From Candidatus Babelota bacterium (GTDB lineage: Bacteria > Babelota > Babeliae > Babelales > UASB340), in the NCBI GenBank assembly GCA_042576165.1, contig JBHPBZ010000002.1:1-56723 (forward strand): a stretch of 56,723 bases of DNA. Direction: 5' to 3'. The position numbers and the translations under genes were made by a program. Numbering within the stretch: position 1 is the stretch's first letter; each line of letters opens with the position of its first letter. Below the pieces are notes generated by a model that was not told where the DNA came from, ran no database searches, and saw only the letters and a list, made by a program, of their open reading frames with translations. Of the stretch, positions 22,047 to 32,057 are shown in pieces.

Positions 22047-22763
22047 TTAAAAAGATACTTTATAAAAATCTTTTTTCCCAATCCCCTGAAATAAACAATT
22101 GTTTGTTTTCTCAAAAAAATTTTGTAGTTTAACAATATGCTTATGCAAATTCGCTTGTATATCTATAAAGTCGTGACTACAATCCAAAATTAAAACAGGA
22201 ACTTTTTTAAGATCTTCAAATATCCCTTCTTTTTGAATCAAAAATTTTTCATGCCATGTATCAATTTGCTTTATATACCGAAGAGTAATCTTTTTTTCAC
22301 TTATTCTATTCCTCTTTTGAATACGCTTATAACAAATTTCAGGATCCGCCTTAAGATAAATAAAACCTCTTGGAAGATCACATTTTTGATGCAATAAAAA
22401 TTCAACCCATTTGTTATAAACTTGCCATTCAATTTTAGAAAAAAAACCACTTTCATATCCATTTTGTGCAAAGCAATAATGTCCAGAATAAATGGAACGT
22501 TCTACAAGTATATTGTTTGATTTATCAGCTTGTTCATTTATATGATCTTTTGCCCTACACATCATAGCGAAAGTTTCTAAAGTATATGCCCACCTCTGAG
22601 GGTTTTTGTAAAAGTTTTCCAACAATGATTGGCCATAAATCTGATTTGTCCAATTATCTTTGGGCTCAGTTAAAATCTTAACTTCAGATAAATTTTTTTT
22701 CATGAGTGTTAAAAATGTTGATTTTCCAACACCTATATTTCCTTCTACTATATACATTTTCAT
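22047..22763 (-). CDS. deoxynucleoside kinase (dAK/dGK/dCK family)
   Basis: P-loop IVEGNIGVGKSTFL, the ERSIYS motif and an Arg-rich lid (RIQKRNRISEKK). Confidence 0.85.
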   Translation of the reverse strand: MKMYIVEGNIGVGKSTFLTLMKKNLSEVKILTEPKDNWTNQIYGQSLLENFYKNPQRWAYTLETFAMMCRAKDHINEQADKSNNILVERSIYSGHYCFAQNGYESGFFSKIEWQVYNKWVEFLLHQKCDLPRGFIYLKADPEICYKRIQKRNRISEKKITLRYIKQIDTWHEKFLIQKEGIFEDLKKVPVLILDCSHDFIDIQANLHKHIVKLQNFFEKTNNCLFQGIGKKDFYKVSF

Positions 22764-22848
22764 CCTAATGCGTTTGTTGAAAGTTCTTTTTTATGCTAAA
22801 TTCTGTCATATAAATGCTATTTTTATTATAGACGTTACTTTATAAAGT

Positions 22849-23634
22849 GTGAATAATAAATATTTGGTAAAATTCAAAATGACTACTAAAAAAAATCAAA
22901 CTAAGAAAAATACAAAAAAAATGCAACATGATGTTGTCTACGGAGTTCACTCAATAGTTGAACTTTTAAAAGCAAAACGCAGAAAACTAGTATCTATTTA
23001 TACAACAAAGCCTTTACCAAAGGTTTGGCACAGAATAGAAAACTTATTACCAAAACCTCGCCCAAATATTCAGTACGTTCCAAGACACGTATTAGACCGA
23101 ATGTCCTGCTCATCTGAACACATGGGAATTGTAGCATTAGTTTCTCCTTTTAAGTTTCAAACAAAAATATTTGATCCTAAGAAAAAACCTTTTATTTTAC
23201 TTTTAGATTCCATTCAAGATATCCGAAATTTAGGTGCAATTTTACGATCAGCATATTGCACAGGAGTTAATGGTGTAGTTTTATGCAAAAAAGAATCAGC
23301 TCCATTAAATGCGGCAGCCCACAAAGCCTCCGCAGGACTTTGTGAACATCTTAATATTTATGTTGCTAACTCAACGCATGGCGCCGTATTGGATCTTAAA
23401 AAAGCCGGCTATAATTTTTATATGGCAGTTCTTGAAAATGGAGTAGATGCAACAAAAATTGATTATAAAAAGCCTCTCTGTCTTGTAATTGGCAACGAAG
23501 CTGTAGGGATTTCAAAACCGGTTCAAAAAGAAGGAACCCTAATTACTATTCCGCAACGATCAGCCGACATTTCTTACAATGCCTCTGTTGCAACCGGAAT
23601 TCTTTTATTTATTATTTCTCAAAATTCAAAATAG
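22849..23634 (+). CDS. rlmB: SpoU/TrmH-family 23S rRNA 2'-O-methyltransferase (RlmB-like)
   Basis: VYGVHSIVELL, LDSIQDIRNLGAILRSA, VIGNEAVGIS and IPQRS..ISYNASVATGILLF. The start is uncertain (GTG 22849, or ATG 22879 or 22921). Confidence 0.75.
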   Translation: MNNKYLVKFKMTTKKNQTKKNTKKMQHDVVYGVHSIVELLKAKRRKLVSIYTTKPLPKVWHRIENLLPKPRPNIQYVPRHVLDRMSCSSEHMGIVALVSPFKFQTKIFDPKKKPFILLLDSIQDIRNLGAILRSAYCTGVNGVVLCKKESAPLNAAAHKASAGLCEHLNIYVANSTHGAVLDLKKAGYNFYMAVLENGVDATKIDYKKPLCLVIGNEAVGISKPVQKEGTLITIPQRSADISYNASVATGILLFIISQNSK

Positions 23635-23809
23635 TATAATAGCTTAAAACAATGAATTAATGAGGGCTTTTATAATATAAGCAAATCCCATAGTAAATAT
23701 TTTTTATAATTAAGATACTGATATATTGCGATATAACAATCATTTTTTTTAAAATTATTATGCAAATTGGAATAAACCTAATTTGTTATTTTTAAAAACG
23801 GTGATTAAA

Positions 23810-24610
23810 ATGGCAATAAAAATCAAAAAATTATTTCGAATAAAAAGTTTTTTTTTAACACTAGTTTCTATTGGATTCATATTTTTATCCACAAAATTAT
23901 TATTAACTGTTAAAAAAACTATTCAAAATACTTTTATGCCCAAACATATAAAATTAAAAATTAGTTCTATTTATTCCCAAAAAATCAAATCTGATTTAAA
24001 AGCTTTTTTTAACAAAAATATTAATAATGAAATTACTCTAAATATGTCAATCAACAGTTTATGTTCCAATTTTAAAAAAAAATTTGCAATAGTAAAAACA
24101 ATTAAATGGAATTTTGATTCACCAGGATTTGCTAATTTGAAAATTAAAGGCACAAAACCAATTTTAAAAATCAATAATACTTTTATTTTGTGTGATAATA
24201 AAAAAATCTTTGATATACAAAGTTTTAAAAACTTTAATCTAGATAAATTAAAAAACATTTATATATCAGCAAATTACATTGATCTCAAATTTAAAAATCC
24301 AGATTTAGGTTTTATTAATAATCTTCCAAAGAGAGTAGTCGAACAATACGAAATAAACTATCTAAAAAATTCGTATATCGCACTTACAACACAACATAAA
24401 AATTGGAAAAAAAAAGATTTTTTTATAATCGGTTACAATTTTTTATCTAACAAAAAACTTATTACTGCAGAATTTATTAATAAAAATCTTAAATCAAACA
24501 ACCAACACCATAAAGGATATTCTTTTGATTTAAGATTTAAAGATAGAGTTTATGTTAAACCAGTCCATAGGGAAGGATTGAAATTTGCTCAAATAATGGG
24601 GAGGGAATAA
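23810..24610 (+). CDS. FtsQ/DivIB-like cell-division protein (by position and topology)
   Basis: A single N-terminal TM (FFLTLVSIGFIFLSTKLLL) followed by a soluble domain. The stop overlaps the ftsA start (ATAATG region). The sequence is too divergent to confirm by eye. The track ORF starts at 23783. Confidence 0.45.
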   Translation: MAIKIKKLFRIKSFFLTLVSIGFIFLSTKLLLTVKKTIQNTFMPKHIKLKISSIYSQKIKSDLKAFFNKNINNEITLNMSINSLCSNFKKKFAIVKTIKWNFDSPGFANLKIKGTKPILKINNTFILCDNKKIFDIQSFKNFNLDKLKNIYISANYIDLKFKNPDLGFINNLPKRVVEQYEINYLKNSYIALTTQHKNWKKKDFFIIGYNFLSNKKLITAEFINKNLKSNNQHHKGYSFDLRFKDRVYVKPVHREGLKFAQIMGRE

Positions 24611-25863
24611 TGGTAAAAAATATTTTATCAATAATAGATATCGGCACAACAAAAATTTGTGTTTTAGTTGCAACTCAAGATTGTTCAGGAAAATTAGATT
24701 TAATTGGTTTTGGACAACATCCTTCTTTAGGTTTAAAAAAAGGAGTTGTTGTAAATATAACAAAAACAGTTGATTCAATTAAAAATGCTATTAAAAAAGC
24801 TGAAGAAATGGCAAAAATTAAAATAGAAAACGTTACTGTCGGAATTTCAGGAGGCCACATAAAATCTTTTAATTCTACTGGTGTAGTTGCAGTTAAAAAT
24901 AAAAACATATCTCAAACCGATATAGACCGTGTAATTGAATCTGCAAAAGCAATAGTTTTACCAGAAGACCAAGAGATTTTACATATACTGCCACAATATT
25001 TTAAGGTTGACGGTCAAAACCTCATTTTAGACTCCCTTGGAATGCACGGAATTAGACTTGAAGCACAAATTCATATAATAACAGGAGCAATTACTTCAGC
25101 CCAAAACATCATACAATCATGCGAACTTGCAGGGGTTAAAGTAAATGATATTGTTTTAGAACAAATTGCATCTGCAGATGCAGTTTTAAGCCCATCAGAA
25201 AAAGAACTCGGAGTTGGAATTCTTGATATTGGTGGTGGAACATCCGATTTCGCAATTTATAGGGATGGAAGAATCATGCATTCAAAGGTTATCGCAATTG
25301 CAGGAAACCATTTTACAAATGACCTTGCGATAGGACTTTCTATTCCTATCTATCAATCAGAAGAAATAAAAAAACAATATGGATTTGTTTGGAAAGAAAA
25401 ATTCCTAGATTTAGACACAGATACAATTAAAATCAATTTGGGATATACAAAAGAAACTACAAAAATTGAAGTATATTCTTTATATGACATCCTAGCTCCA
25501 AGAGCAGAAGAAGTTTTCGATCTATTAAACAAAGAATTAATTAAATATAAATTAAAACATTTTATGCCATCAGGAATTGTTATTACAGGAGGAGGATCTT
25601 TATTGTCAGGAATACAAGAGCTTGCAAAAAACAAATTTAAAATACCTATTCGCATAGGTACTCCAAATTGTTATAAAAAAAATGAAACCACGGCAGAGCA
25701 AGAAATGCCTGATTTATTAAAAAGTCCAATTTACTCCACTGGGTATGGCTTACTAATTTATGCTAGCAATAAAAACAAACTCGATCTTACAATATCTTCA
25801 AGCAATTCAAACTTTAAAACAGTTTTCAAGCGAATGAAATCTTGGATATATGATTTTTTATAA
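24610..25863 (+). CDS. ftsA: cell division protein FtsA
   Basis: Actin-like ATPase motifs: IDIGTTKICVLV, GILDIGGGTSDFAIY and VITGGGSLLSGI. It lies directly upstream of ftsZ. Confidence 0.95.
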   Translation: MVKNILSIIDIGTTKICVLVATQDCSGKLDLIGFGQHPSLGLKKGVVVNITKTVDSIKNAIKKAEEMAKIKIENVTVGISGGHIKSFNSTGVVAVKNKNISQTDIDRVIESAKAIVLPEDQEILHILPQYFKVDGQNLILDSLGMHGIRLEAQIHIITGAITSAQNIIQSCELAGVKVNDIVLEQIASADAVLSPSEKELGVGILDIGGGTSDFAIYRDGRIMHSKVIAIAGNHFTNDLAIGLSIPIYQSEEIKKQYGFVWKEKFLDLDTDTIKINLGYTKETTKIEVYSLYDILAPRAEEVFDLLNKELIKYKLKHFMPSGIVITGGGSLLSGIQELAKNKFKIPIRIGTPNCYKKNETTAEQEMPDLLKSPIYSTGYGLLIYASNKNKLDLTISSSNSNFKTVFKRMKSWIYDFL

Positions 25864-25889
25864 TTTAGAACATAAAGGAAAGGTTTGCA

Positions 25890-27128
25890 ATGATTGAATT
25901 CAACATAGAAGATGAAAAACAAGAAAAAATTGGCGCCAATTTAAAAGTAATCGGGGTTGGGGGAGCTGGAGGGAATGCCGTTAATAGTATGATCAACGGT
26001 AATGAATTAAATAGCGTAGAATTTATTATAGCAAACACAGATGCCCAAGCTTTAGATCTTTCCTTTGCTGAAAATAAAATTCAAATTGGTACCAAAATAA
26101 CAAAGGGACTTGGAGCTGGATCTAATCCTGATATTGGTCGAAGATCAGCAGAAGAAGATTTAGATACAATTTTAGAAAAAATATCTGATACCGACATTCT
26201 TTTCTTAACAGCTGGTTTTGGAGGGGGGACTGGATCTGGAGCTCTTCCCATAATTGCAAAAGCGGCAAAAGATATGGGGATTCTAACAGTTGCTATTATT
26301 ACAAAACCTTTTTCATTTGAAGGCAAAAAGCGCGCAATGCATGCCGATGAAGCAATAAAAATATTAAAAGAACAAAATGTAGACACTTTAATTGTAATTC
26401 CAAACCAAAAATTATTAGAAATATCCGATCCAAAAATCTCTATGCTAGACGCCTTTGCAATGTCTAACGATGTTTTAAAACAGGCAATTCTAGGAATTTC
26501 TGACATTATTACAAAAGCAGGACATATTAACGTAGATTTTGCTGACGTTAAGTCAATCATGAAAGATATGGGAATGGCATTAATGGGAACAGGCAGAGCT
26601 GAAGGAGAAGATAGAGCTAGACAAGCAGCACTTAATGCTATAAATTCTCCATTACTTGAAAACATCAATATTGAAGGAGCAAAAGGAGTACTCATAAATA
26701 TAACAGGAAATTCCGATTTAGGATTACAAGAAATTAACGAAGCAGCAAGCCTTGTTCACGATATAGTAAGTCCAGATGCAGAAATAATTCTTGGTTCTGT
26801 AATTGATACAAATATTGGCAATGAAATTATGGTTACAGTAATTGCAACAGGTTTTGAAAATAAAATAAAAAAAGAAGCCACTATTAATGTAAAAAACAAT
26901 TATTTTCTACATCAAAAAGAGGGTTCCTATAAAGCCCAAACTGAAAATATAAACAACAGTGCTCAATTATCTAATATTTCTAACAATGATTTTGACTTAA
27001 ATGATATTGACACACCCACTTTTTTAAGAAAAAAAGCACTAATAGAAAAAGAAATTATAGAAAAAAATACCAATGCGCAAATTTCATTAAATGAAATGAA
27101 TAACAAAAATAATCAAATAATAGATTAA
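25890..27128 (+). CDS. ftsZ: cell division GTPase FtsZ
   Basis: GVGGAGGNAVNSMI, the tubulin signature GGGTGSGALPIIA, NTDAQAL and a variable C-terminal tail. Confidence 0.97.
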   Translation: MIEFNIEDEKQEKIGANLKVIGVGGAGGNAVNSMINGNELNSVEFIIANTDAQALDLSFAENKIQIGTKITKGLGAGSNPDIGRRSAEEDLDTILEKISDTDILFLTAGFGGGTGSGALPIIAKAAKDMGILTVAIITKPFSFEGKKRAMHADEAIKILKEQNVDTLIVIPNQKLLEISDPKISMLDAFAMSNDVLKQAILGISDIITKAGHINVDFADVKSIMKDMGMALMGTGRAEGEDRARQAALNAINSPLLENINIEGAKGVLINITGNSDLGLQEINEAASLVHDIVSPDAEIILGSVIDTNIGNEIMVTVIATGFENKIKKEATINVKNNYFLHQKEGSYKAQTENINNSAQLSNISNNDFDLNDIDTPTFLRKKALIEKEIIEKNTNAQISLNEMNNKNNQIID

Positions 27129-27145
27129 AAAAATAAGAGTTATTT

Positions 27146-27856
27146 ATGATTTTACACAATGATTCTTCTTACATGATTTATTTTGGAGATTGTAAAGATC
27201 CTTGTGTAAAATCCAACACAAAGATCTCACTAAACTGTCTAAAAAAAATTAAAAATCGCTTACATCTAGAAAAAATAATTGTTTTAAATCAATTACACGG
27301 GATTAAGGGAATTTGCTTAAAAGACTTATCTACAAGTTTTTCTGAAGTTTCCTTTATGCAAAAAACTGGTGATTATATAATTACCAACATTTCCAAAATA
27401 GGCATTGGAGTTCTTACTGCAGATTGCTTGCCAATAATTTTTTATGATCCAGTACATAACATAATTGCTATTGCTCATGCTGGTTGGCGTGGAGCCGTTA
27501 AAGAAATTGCAAAAAATCTCATACAAAAAATGGAACAATCTTTTAATACTTATACTCAAAAACTTATCGTTTATCTTGCTCCAAGTGCAAAATTTTGTTG
27601 TTACCAAGTTGATAATAAATTTTTAAATCACCTAGAAAACTCAACTTTTATTAATCAAGTTATTCTAAAACGTCAAAATAAGTATTTTTTTGATTTACCT
27701 AAATTCGTACGCTTACAATTATTAGATCTAGGAATTAAGGAAAACAATATTCATCAAAACTATAACGATTGCACAATTTGTAACACAAAATTTTGCTCTT
27801 TTCGTCGACAAAATGGAACTTCATCTAGACAAGTAACAGTTGTTGCTCTAAAGTAA
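27146..27856 (+). CDS. pgeF: YfiH/PgeF (DUF152, laccase-domain) protein
   Basis: LTADCLPIIFYDP....IAIAHAGWRG, and a late C..C...F.S.RR block (CTICNTKFCSFRR). Confidence 0.8.
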   Translation: MILHNDSSYMIYFGDCKDPCVKSNTKISLNCLKKIKNRLHLEKIIVLNQLHGIKGICLKDLSTSFSEVSFMQKTGDYIITNISKIGIGVLTADCLPIIFYDPVHNIIAIAHAGWRGAVKEIAKNLIQKMEQSFNTYTQKLIVYLAPSAKFCCYQVDNKFLNHLENSTFINQVILKRQNKYFFDLPKFVRLQLLDLGIKENNIHQNYNDCTICNTKFCSFRRQNGTSSRQVTVVALK

Positions 27857-27902
27857 AATAAATTTAAAAAACTATTGCCTATGTACAATTAAAAGGAGAT
27901 TT

Positions 27903-28916
27903 ATGATAGAAGAGCTAACACTTTGGAGTCAAAAAATAAAAGATGGATTACAGCTTGCTCATGATTTTCACTTCCAACATTCCGCTCAATTACCATCAAA
28001 TATAAAAAAAATTGCTTTTGTAGGAATGGGTGGATCTGGTATTGCTGGAAAAATTATAAAAACATTTTTAGACAAAAAAACAACCATTCCATCTTTTATT
28101 ATAAATTCCCCAGAATTGCCCAATTTTATAGATACCGATACTCTGGTTTTTGCAGCATCCTATTCAGGAAATACCTGGGAAACGGTTGATGTATTAAAAC
28201 AATTATCCGAAAAATTTATTCCTACAATAGTTCTTTCTAATAATGGGCAAGCTGCTCAAATTGCAGAAGCTAAAAATTTACCATTTATTCTACTACCTAA
28301 ATCTATGCAACCAAGAACGGCATTAGGTAATTTTTTAGGAATAATCATGGGCTTACTTTCTTTAATGGATATTCTCCCTGAAGGAATAGAAATTCTTAAA
28401 ACTTTTATTAAACAGTCCAATCTACATGTTGCAAAATTTTCGGAGGATAAAGGCTTTTTTGATGAATTCATTCAAATATCAAACAACTGTGATTTTTTTC
28501 ATATTTGGGGAGTGTCATCTGACACACAAGCTTTTGCTTATAGAGCACAAACACAATTTAATGAAAATAGTAAAATTCAAGCCGTAAACTCTACCCTACC
28601 AGAATGTTGTCATAATCTAATTAATGGTTTTGATAAATTTAACAAAAAACCATTAGTTTTACTGTATTATACAGATTTTTTAACAGCAAACTTAGATATT
28701 GCTTTACAAGCTACTTGTGACTTACTAAAAGAACAGGGTGTATTACTTTACAAACCCCCAGTTTTAGGTGATACTTGGGAAGGACAATTGTTTTATACTA
28801 TCTTATGGTCTGACTTTGCTTCCTATTATTTAGGGAAAAAACGCGGAGTGGATATTGCTCGCGTTGAAGTTATCGAAAAATTAAAGCAAAAACATATAGA
28901 TAGAGGAATTAAGTAG
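27903..28916 (+). CDS. SIS-domain bifunctional phosphoglucose/phosphomannose isomerase-like protein
   Basis: FVGMGGSGIAGKI and AASYSGNTWET are SIS motifs. The ~337-aa size fits the PGI/PMI family. Confidence 0.6.
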   Translation: MIEELTLWSQKIKDGLQLAHDFHFQHSAQLPSNIKKIAFVGMGGSGIAGKIIKTFLDKKTTIPSFIINSPELPNFIDTDTLVFAASYSGNTWETVDVLKQLSEKFIPTIVLSNNGQAAQIAEAKNLPFILLPKSMQPRTALGNFLGIIMGLLSLMDILPEGIEILKTFIKQSNLHVAKFSEDKGFFDEFIQISNNCDFFHIWGVSSDTQAFAYRAQTQFNENSKIQAVNSTLPECCHNLINGFDKFNKKPLVLLYYTDFLTANLDIALQATCDLLKEQGVLLYKPPVLGDTWEGQLFYTILWSDFASYYLGKKRGVDIARVEVIEKLKQKHIDRGIK

Positions 28917-28928
28917 GAGCTTTGCAGA

Positions 28929-29144
28929 ATGAAAAAAGATTTACATCCAAAAAGTTACGATGTAACAGTCAAATGTGTTTGCGGAAATAATTTTAAAACT
29001 ACATCTACGGTAGCAGACTTTGATGTTGACATATGTTCAGCTTGTCACCCGTTCTTTACAGGAACGCAAAAATTTGTAGATACTGCTGGAAGAATTGAAA
29101 AATTCCAAAAGAAATATGCTACTAAAAATAAAGCTAAAAAATAA
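28929..29144 (+). CDS. rpmE: 50S ribosomal protein L31
   Basis: [10 protein letters not shown]...CVCGNNF...[20 protein letters not shown]. Confidence 0.95.
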   Translation: MKKDLHPKSYDVTVKCVCGNNFKTTSTVADFDVDICSACHPFFTGTQKFVDTAGRIEKFQKKYATKNKAKK

Positions 29145-29171
29145 ATTACCAAGAATAAGTAATTATACAAC

Positions 29172-29205
29172 AAAAGGCAGGATCAAACCTGTCTTTTGTT
29201 TGTTT
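29172..29205 (+). terminator. rho-independent terminator after rpmE
   Basis: AAAAGGCAGG-ATCAAA-CCTGTCTTTT (one G-T pair), followed by GTTTGTTT. Confidence 0.6.
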
Positions 29206-29244
29206 ATAACATAAAAATCAATACAGAGGTATGTCGGAAAAGAT

Positions 29245-30321
29245 ATGGTAAAACTTGACTGGAGTTCTTTAGAAACAGAATATGCAAATATTATAAAAAA
29301 ACTTTCAAATTCATCTTTAGATAAAAAAGAACGAGCTGAATTACAAAAAACTTCTTCTCAATATTCCGACTTACTCTCAAAACATAAAGAAATAAATAAT
29401 CTCGAAAAAGAATTTAGTGATCTAAAAAAGCAAGCAGTAGAAGAAACCGATGAAGAGATGAAAACACTTTTCAACGAAGAAATTGTCCTAAAAGAAGAAA
29501 ATCTCAAAATTATGCAAAAAGAACTAGATACCTTTTTGTATCCAGCTGATGAACGCGATAAACGTTCTGTTTTTATAGAAATAAGAGCAGGCGCAGGAGG
29601 ACAAGAATCCGCCCTTTTTGTTGATAATCTTTTTAGAATGTATAGCAATTATGCTTTAACTCATGGATGGAATGTTTCTATTGTCGATTTTAATTCAACA
29701 GACATCGGTGGATACAAAGAACTTGTAATTTACATTAAAGGGAAGTATGTTTTTAAACATCTAAAATTTGAATCTGGTGTTCATAGAGTTCAAAGAGTTC
29801 CACAAACAGAAACTTCTGGCCGAATTCATACATCAACAGTTACAGTAGTTGTTCTTCCCGAAGCAAAAGAAGTTGACGTACAAATCAATCCAAACGACTT
29901 AAGAATCGATACATATCGAGCAGGAGGTGCTGGAGGCCAGCATGTAAATAAAACTGACTCTGCAGTAAGAATCACACACATTCCAACCGGATTAGTTGTT
30001 GCATGCCAAGATGAACGTTCTCAAATTAAAAATAAAGCTAAAGCTCTTAAAGTTTTAGCTTCTCGCATATTAGAAATGGAAAGAGAGAAAAAAGAAGCAG
30101 AATTGAGCGCACAAAGAAAGCAACAGACAGGAACGGGCATGAGAGCAGAAAAGATTAGAACTTATAACTATCCTCAAAATAGGGTCACTGATCACCGCAT
30201 TAATCTTACCCTTAAAAAATTAGATCTAATTATGGAAGGAAATCTTGACGATCTCATAAAACCATTGATGGAATGGGAAAGTATCAGAAAACGAGAAAAT
30301 AAATCTTTATTTTTAAAATAA
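29245..30321 (+). CDS. prfA: peptide chain release factor 1
   Basis: RVQRVPQTETSGRIHTST (PxT tripeptide region) and YRAGGAGGQHVNKTDSAVRITHIPTG (GGQ). Confidence 0.95.
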   Translation: MVKLDWSSLETEYANIIKKLSNSSLDKKERAELQKTSSQYSDLLSKHKEINNLEKEFSDLKKQAVEETDEEMKTLFNEEIVLKEENLKIMQKELDTFLYPADERDKRSVFIEIRAGAGGQESALFVDNLFRMYSNYALTHGWNVSIVDFNSTDIGGYKELVIYIKGKYVFKHLKFESGVHRVQRVPQTETSGRIHTSTVTVVVLPEAKEVDVQINPNDLRIDTYRAGGAGGQHVNKTDSAVRITHIPTGLVVACQDERSQIKNKAKALKVLASRILEMEREKKEAELSAQRKQQTGTGMRAEKIRTYNYPQNRVTDHRINLTLKKLDLIMEGNLDDLIKPLMEWESIRKRENKSLFLK

Positions 30322-31722
30322 TAAAGGTTTTATAACGAAACAATCAGGTGATTTATTAAAATTTTTGATACAAATAAATGAAGGAAAGTACCGTAAAATT
30401 GGTTTATAAGAAATAGGGAATGTCCCACTAATAAGTGTTATAAAATTAAAATTATCAATAGAAAAAATCGATATTCCAACGTTCATTACTTTATTCATTA
30501 AAAAAGGTAAATCATGCTGATGCCCATGAATAAAAGTTCTTGTATAATATTTGTTTTTTAATGATGCATAATTATCTAAAAAAAAGTTTATTAAAAAAAG
30601 AGAATAATTTAATCCTCTTTCTCCCCAAAAAAAATCTTTTCCCGATTTTAATGCAATATCTGTCCAATAAAAAGAATCTTTTTTAGGTGAAAAATAATCT
30701 CGCATAAAAATGAATTCCAATAAATTTTGTTCCCAAATTATGTCTTCAAAAAATATGTCTGAATTTTTCTCTAAACTTAATTTTAATAACCAATCCTTGA
30801 GGTTGTTACTAATCAATAAATCACGATTATTTATCGAACATAATTTTAAACTATTTTTGTCTTTACCTTCAAAATTTAAAAGAATTCGATAATCTAATCG
30901 AATATCAAAAGCAGCATGGCTTAAAATAAGAAAATTTATTATTTTATTTTTCTGTATTTTTCCCAAAAAACATGCAAGAGGCAAAGAATTAGAAAAAGAT
31001 AAAAATGCTTTTTTTAAAATTTTATACTTCCTACTATTATCACAATATTTTTTTGTTATTTCTGAATATAAACCAAAATGCTTACATTTTTTTCCATAAT
31101 ACTCAAAATAAGGTCCTTTATTTTTAAACTTTGATTCATGATTACCCTTTAATAAAATCACATATCCAGGATTTTTAAGCCATAATAACATTAATAATGA
31201 TAAAACCTTAAAATTATCACTTCCTCTATCGATATAATCACCAAGAAAAAATAAATATGAACCTTTGGATAAAATCAAATTACTATCAAGAACATTCCCC
31301 CTCTGCAAACTAATTATTATTTTACTTAATCCATGAAAATCCGCATGTAAATCACCAAAAATAAAACAACTCGAATCTTTCGGAACAATTAGTTTTGAGA
31401 AAAAATCATCTTCACCAAAATTAATTTCATTACCCAAGCTCTCTGAATTTTGATTATAAAATTTATAAATTTCTCTAAGATAATAACCTGATACTTGTAA
31501 AAAAAAATTATCCCACCCACTCTTGTAACTCAAAAACATTCTCCAACTCATATCATAAAAGGCTATCCGTGTTTTTTTATTCTCAAGTGACCTTGATGTT
31601 ATTTTCGACGCATTAATCTTATTTTCATATCCAATAACATTTTTTTGATTTTTGGCAAAATAAAAAGAAATAACACAAAAATAAACTATTAAATATAAAG
31701 TTATTTTAATTTTTATAGACAT
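30313..31722 (-). CDS. secreted/anchored PPP-type (eukaryote-like) serine/threonine phosphatase / metallophosphoesterase
   Basis: N-terminal hydrophobic segment ITLYLIVYFCVISFYFA. GDLHADFHG, YLFFLGDYIDRGSDNFKVLSLLMLLWLKNPGYVILLKGNHES (GDxHG / GDYVDRG / GNHE spacing as in PPP enzymes) and a late HGHQH. Its 3' end overlaps the prfA 3' end by 9 nt (convergent). Confidence 0.75.
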   Translation of the reverse strand: MSIKIKITLYLIVYFCVISFYFAKNQKNVIGYENKINASKITSRSLENKKTRIAFYDMSWRMFLSYKSGWDNFFLQVSGYYLREIYKFYNQNSESLGNEINFGEDDFFSKLIVPKDSSCFIFGDLHADFHGLSKIIISLQRGNVLDSNLILSKGSYLFFLGDYIDRGSDNFKVLSLLMLLWLKNPGYVILLKGNHESKFKNKGPYFEYYGKKCKHFGLYSEITKKYCDNSRKYKILKKAFLSFSNSLPLACFLGKIQKNKIINFLILSHAAFDIRLDYRILLNFEGKDKNSLKLCSINNRDLLISNNLKDWLLKLSLEKNSDIFFEDIIWEQNLLEFIFMRDYFSPKKDSFYWTDIALKSGKDFFWGERGLNYSLFLINFFLDNYASLKNKYYTRTFIHGHQHDLPFLMNKVMNVGISIFSIDNFNFITLISGTFPISYKPILRYFPSFICIKNFNKSPDCFVIKPLLF

Positions 31723-31825
31723 ATGCTTCTCAAAATAATTCTTTATAATCCAAAGCTTTAACTTTCTTATTTTTCTTATAATAATTTAAAGCTAAAAAAT
31801 CCAATCTAACGTTATAAAAACAGCC

Positions 31826-31861
31826 AACATAATACGAATTTCATGAAATTCGTATTATGTT
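31826..31861. promoter_or_regulatory. perfect 36-bp palindrome in a divergent intergenic region (candidate operator)
   Basis: AACATAATACGAATTTCA|TGAAATTCGTATTATGTT equals its own reverse complement. It lies 104 bp upstream of 31722 (-) and 196 bp upstream of 32058 (+). Confidence 0.4.
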
Positions 31862-32057
31862 TATTTCTCTTATTTCTATCTAAATCATTAAAATCCTTTT
31901 ATTTATAATCTAACATATGTAGTAAGATATTATTTGACATAAAATATCTTGTTAAATAACATTGAATTTTCAATGCTTGTTCAAAAATAAAATTACCACT
32001 ATTTTCTTTATATACTTTTTTATTTTTTAATTTTTTTACCACTTAAGGAGTACAATA

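Noticed and set aside
26081-26695. 204-aa minus-strand ORF inside ftsZ
   Set aside because: It is entirely antisense to a highly conserved gene. Its low-complexity Ala/Ser/Pro/Ile composition mirrors the Gly/Ala-rich FtsZ codons, so it is a shadow ORF.
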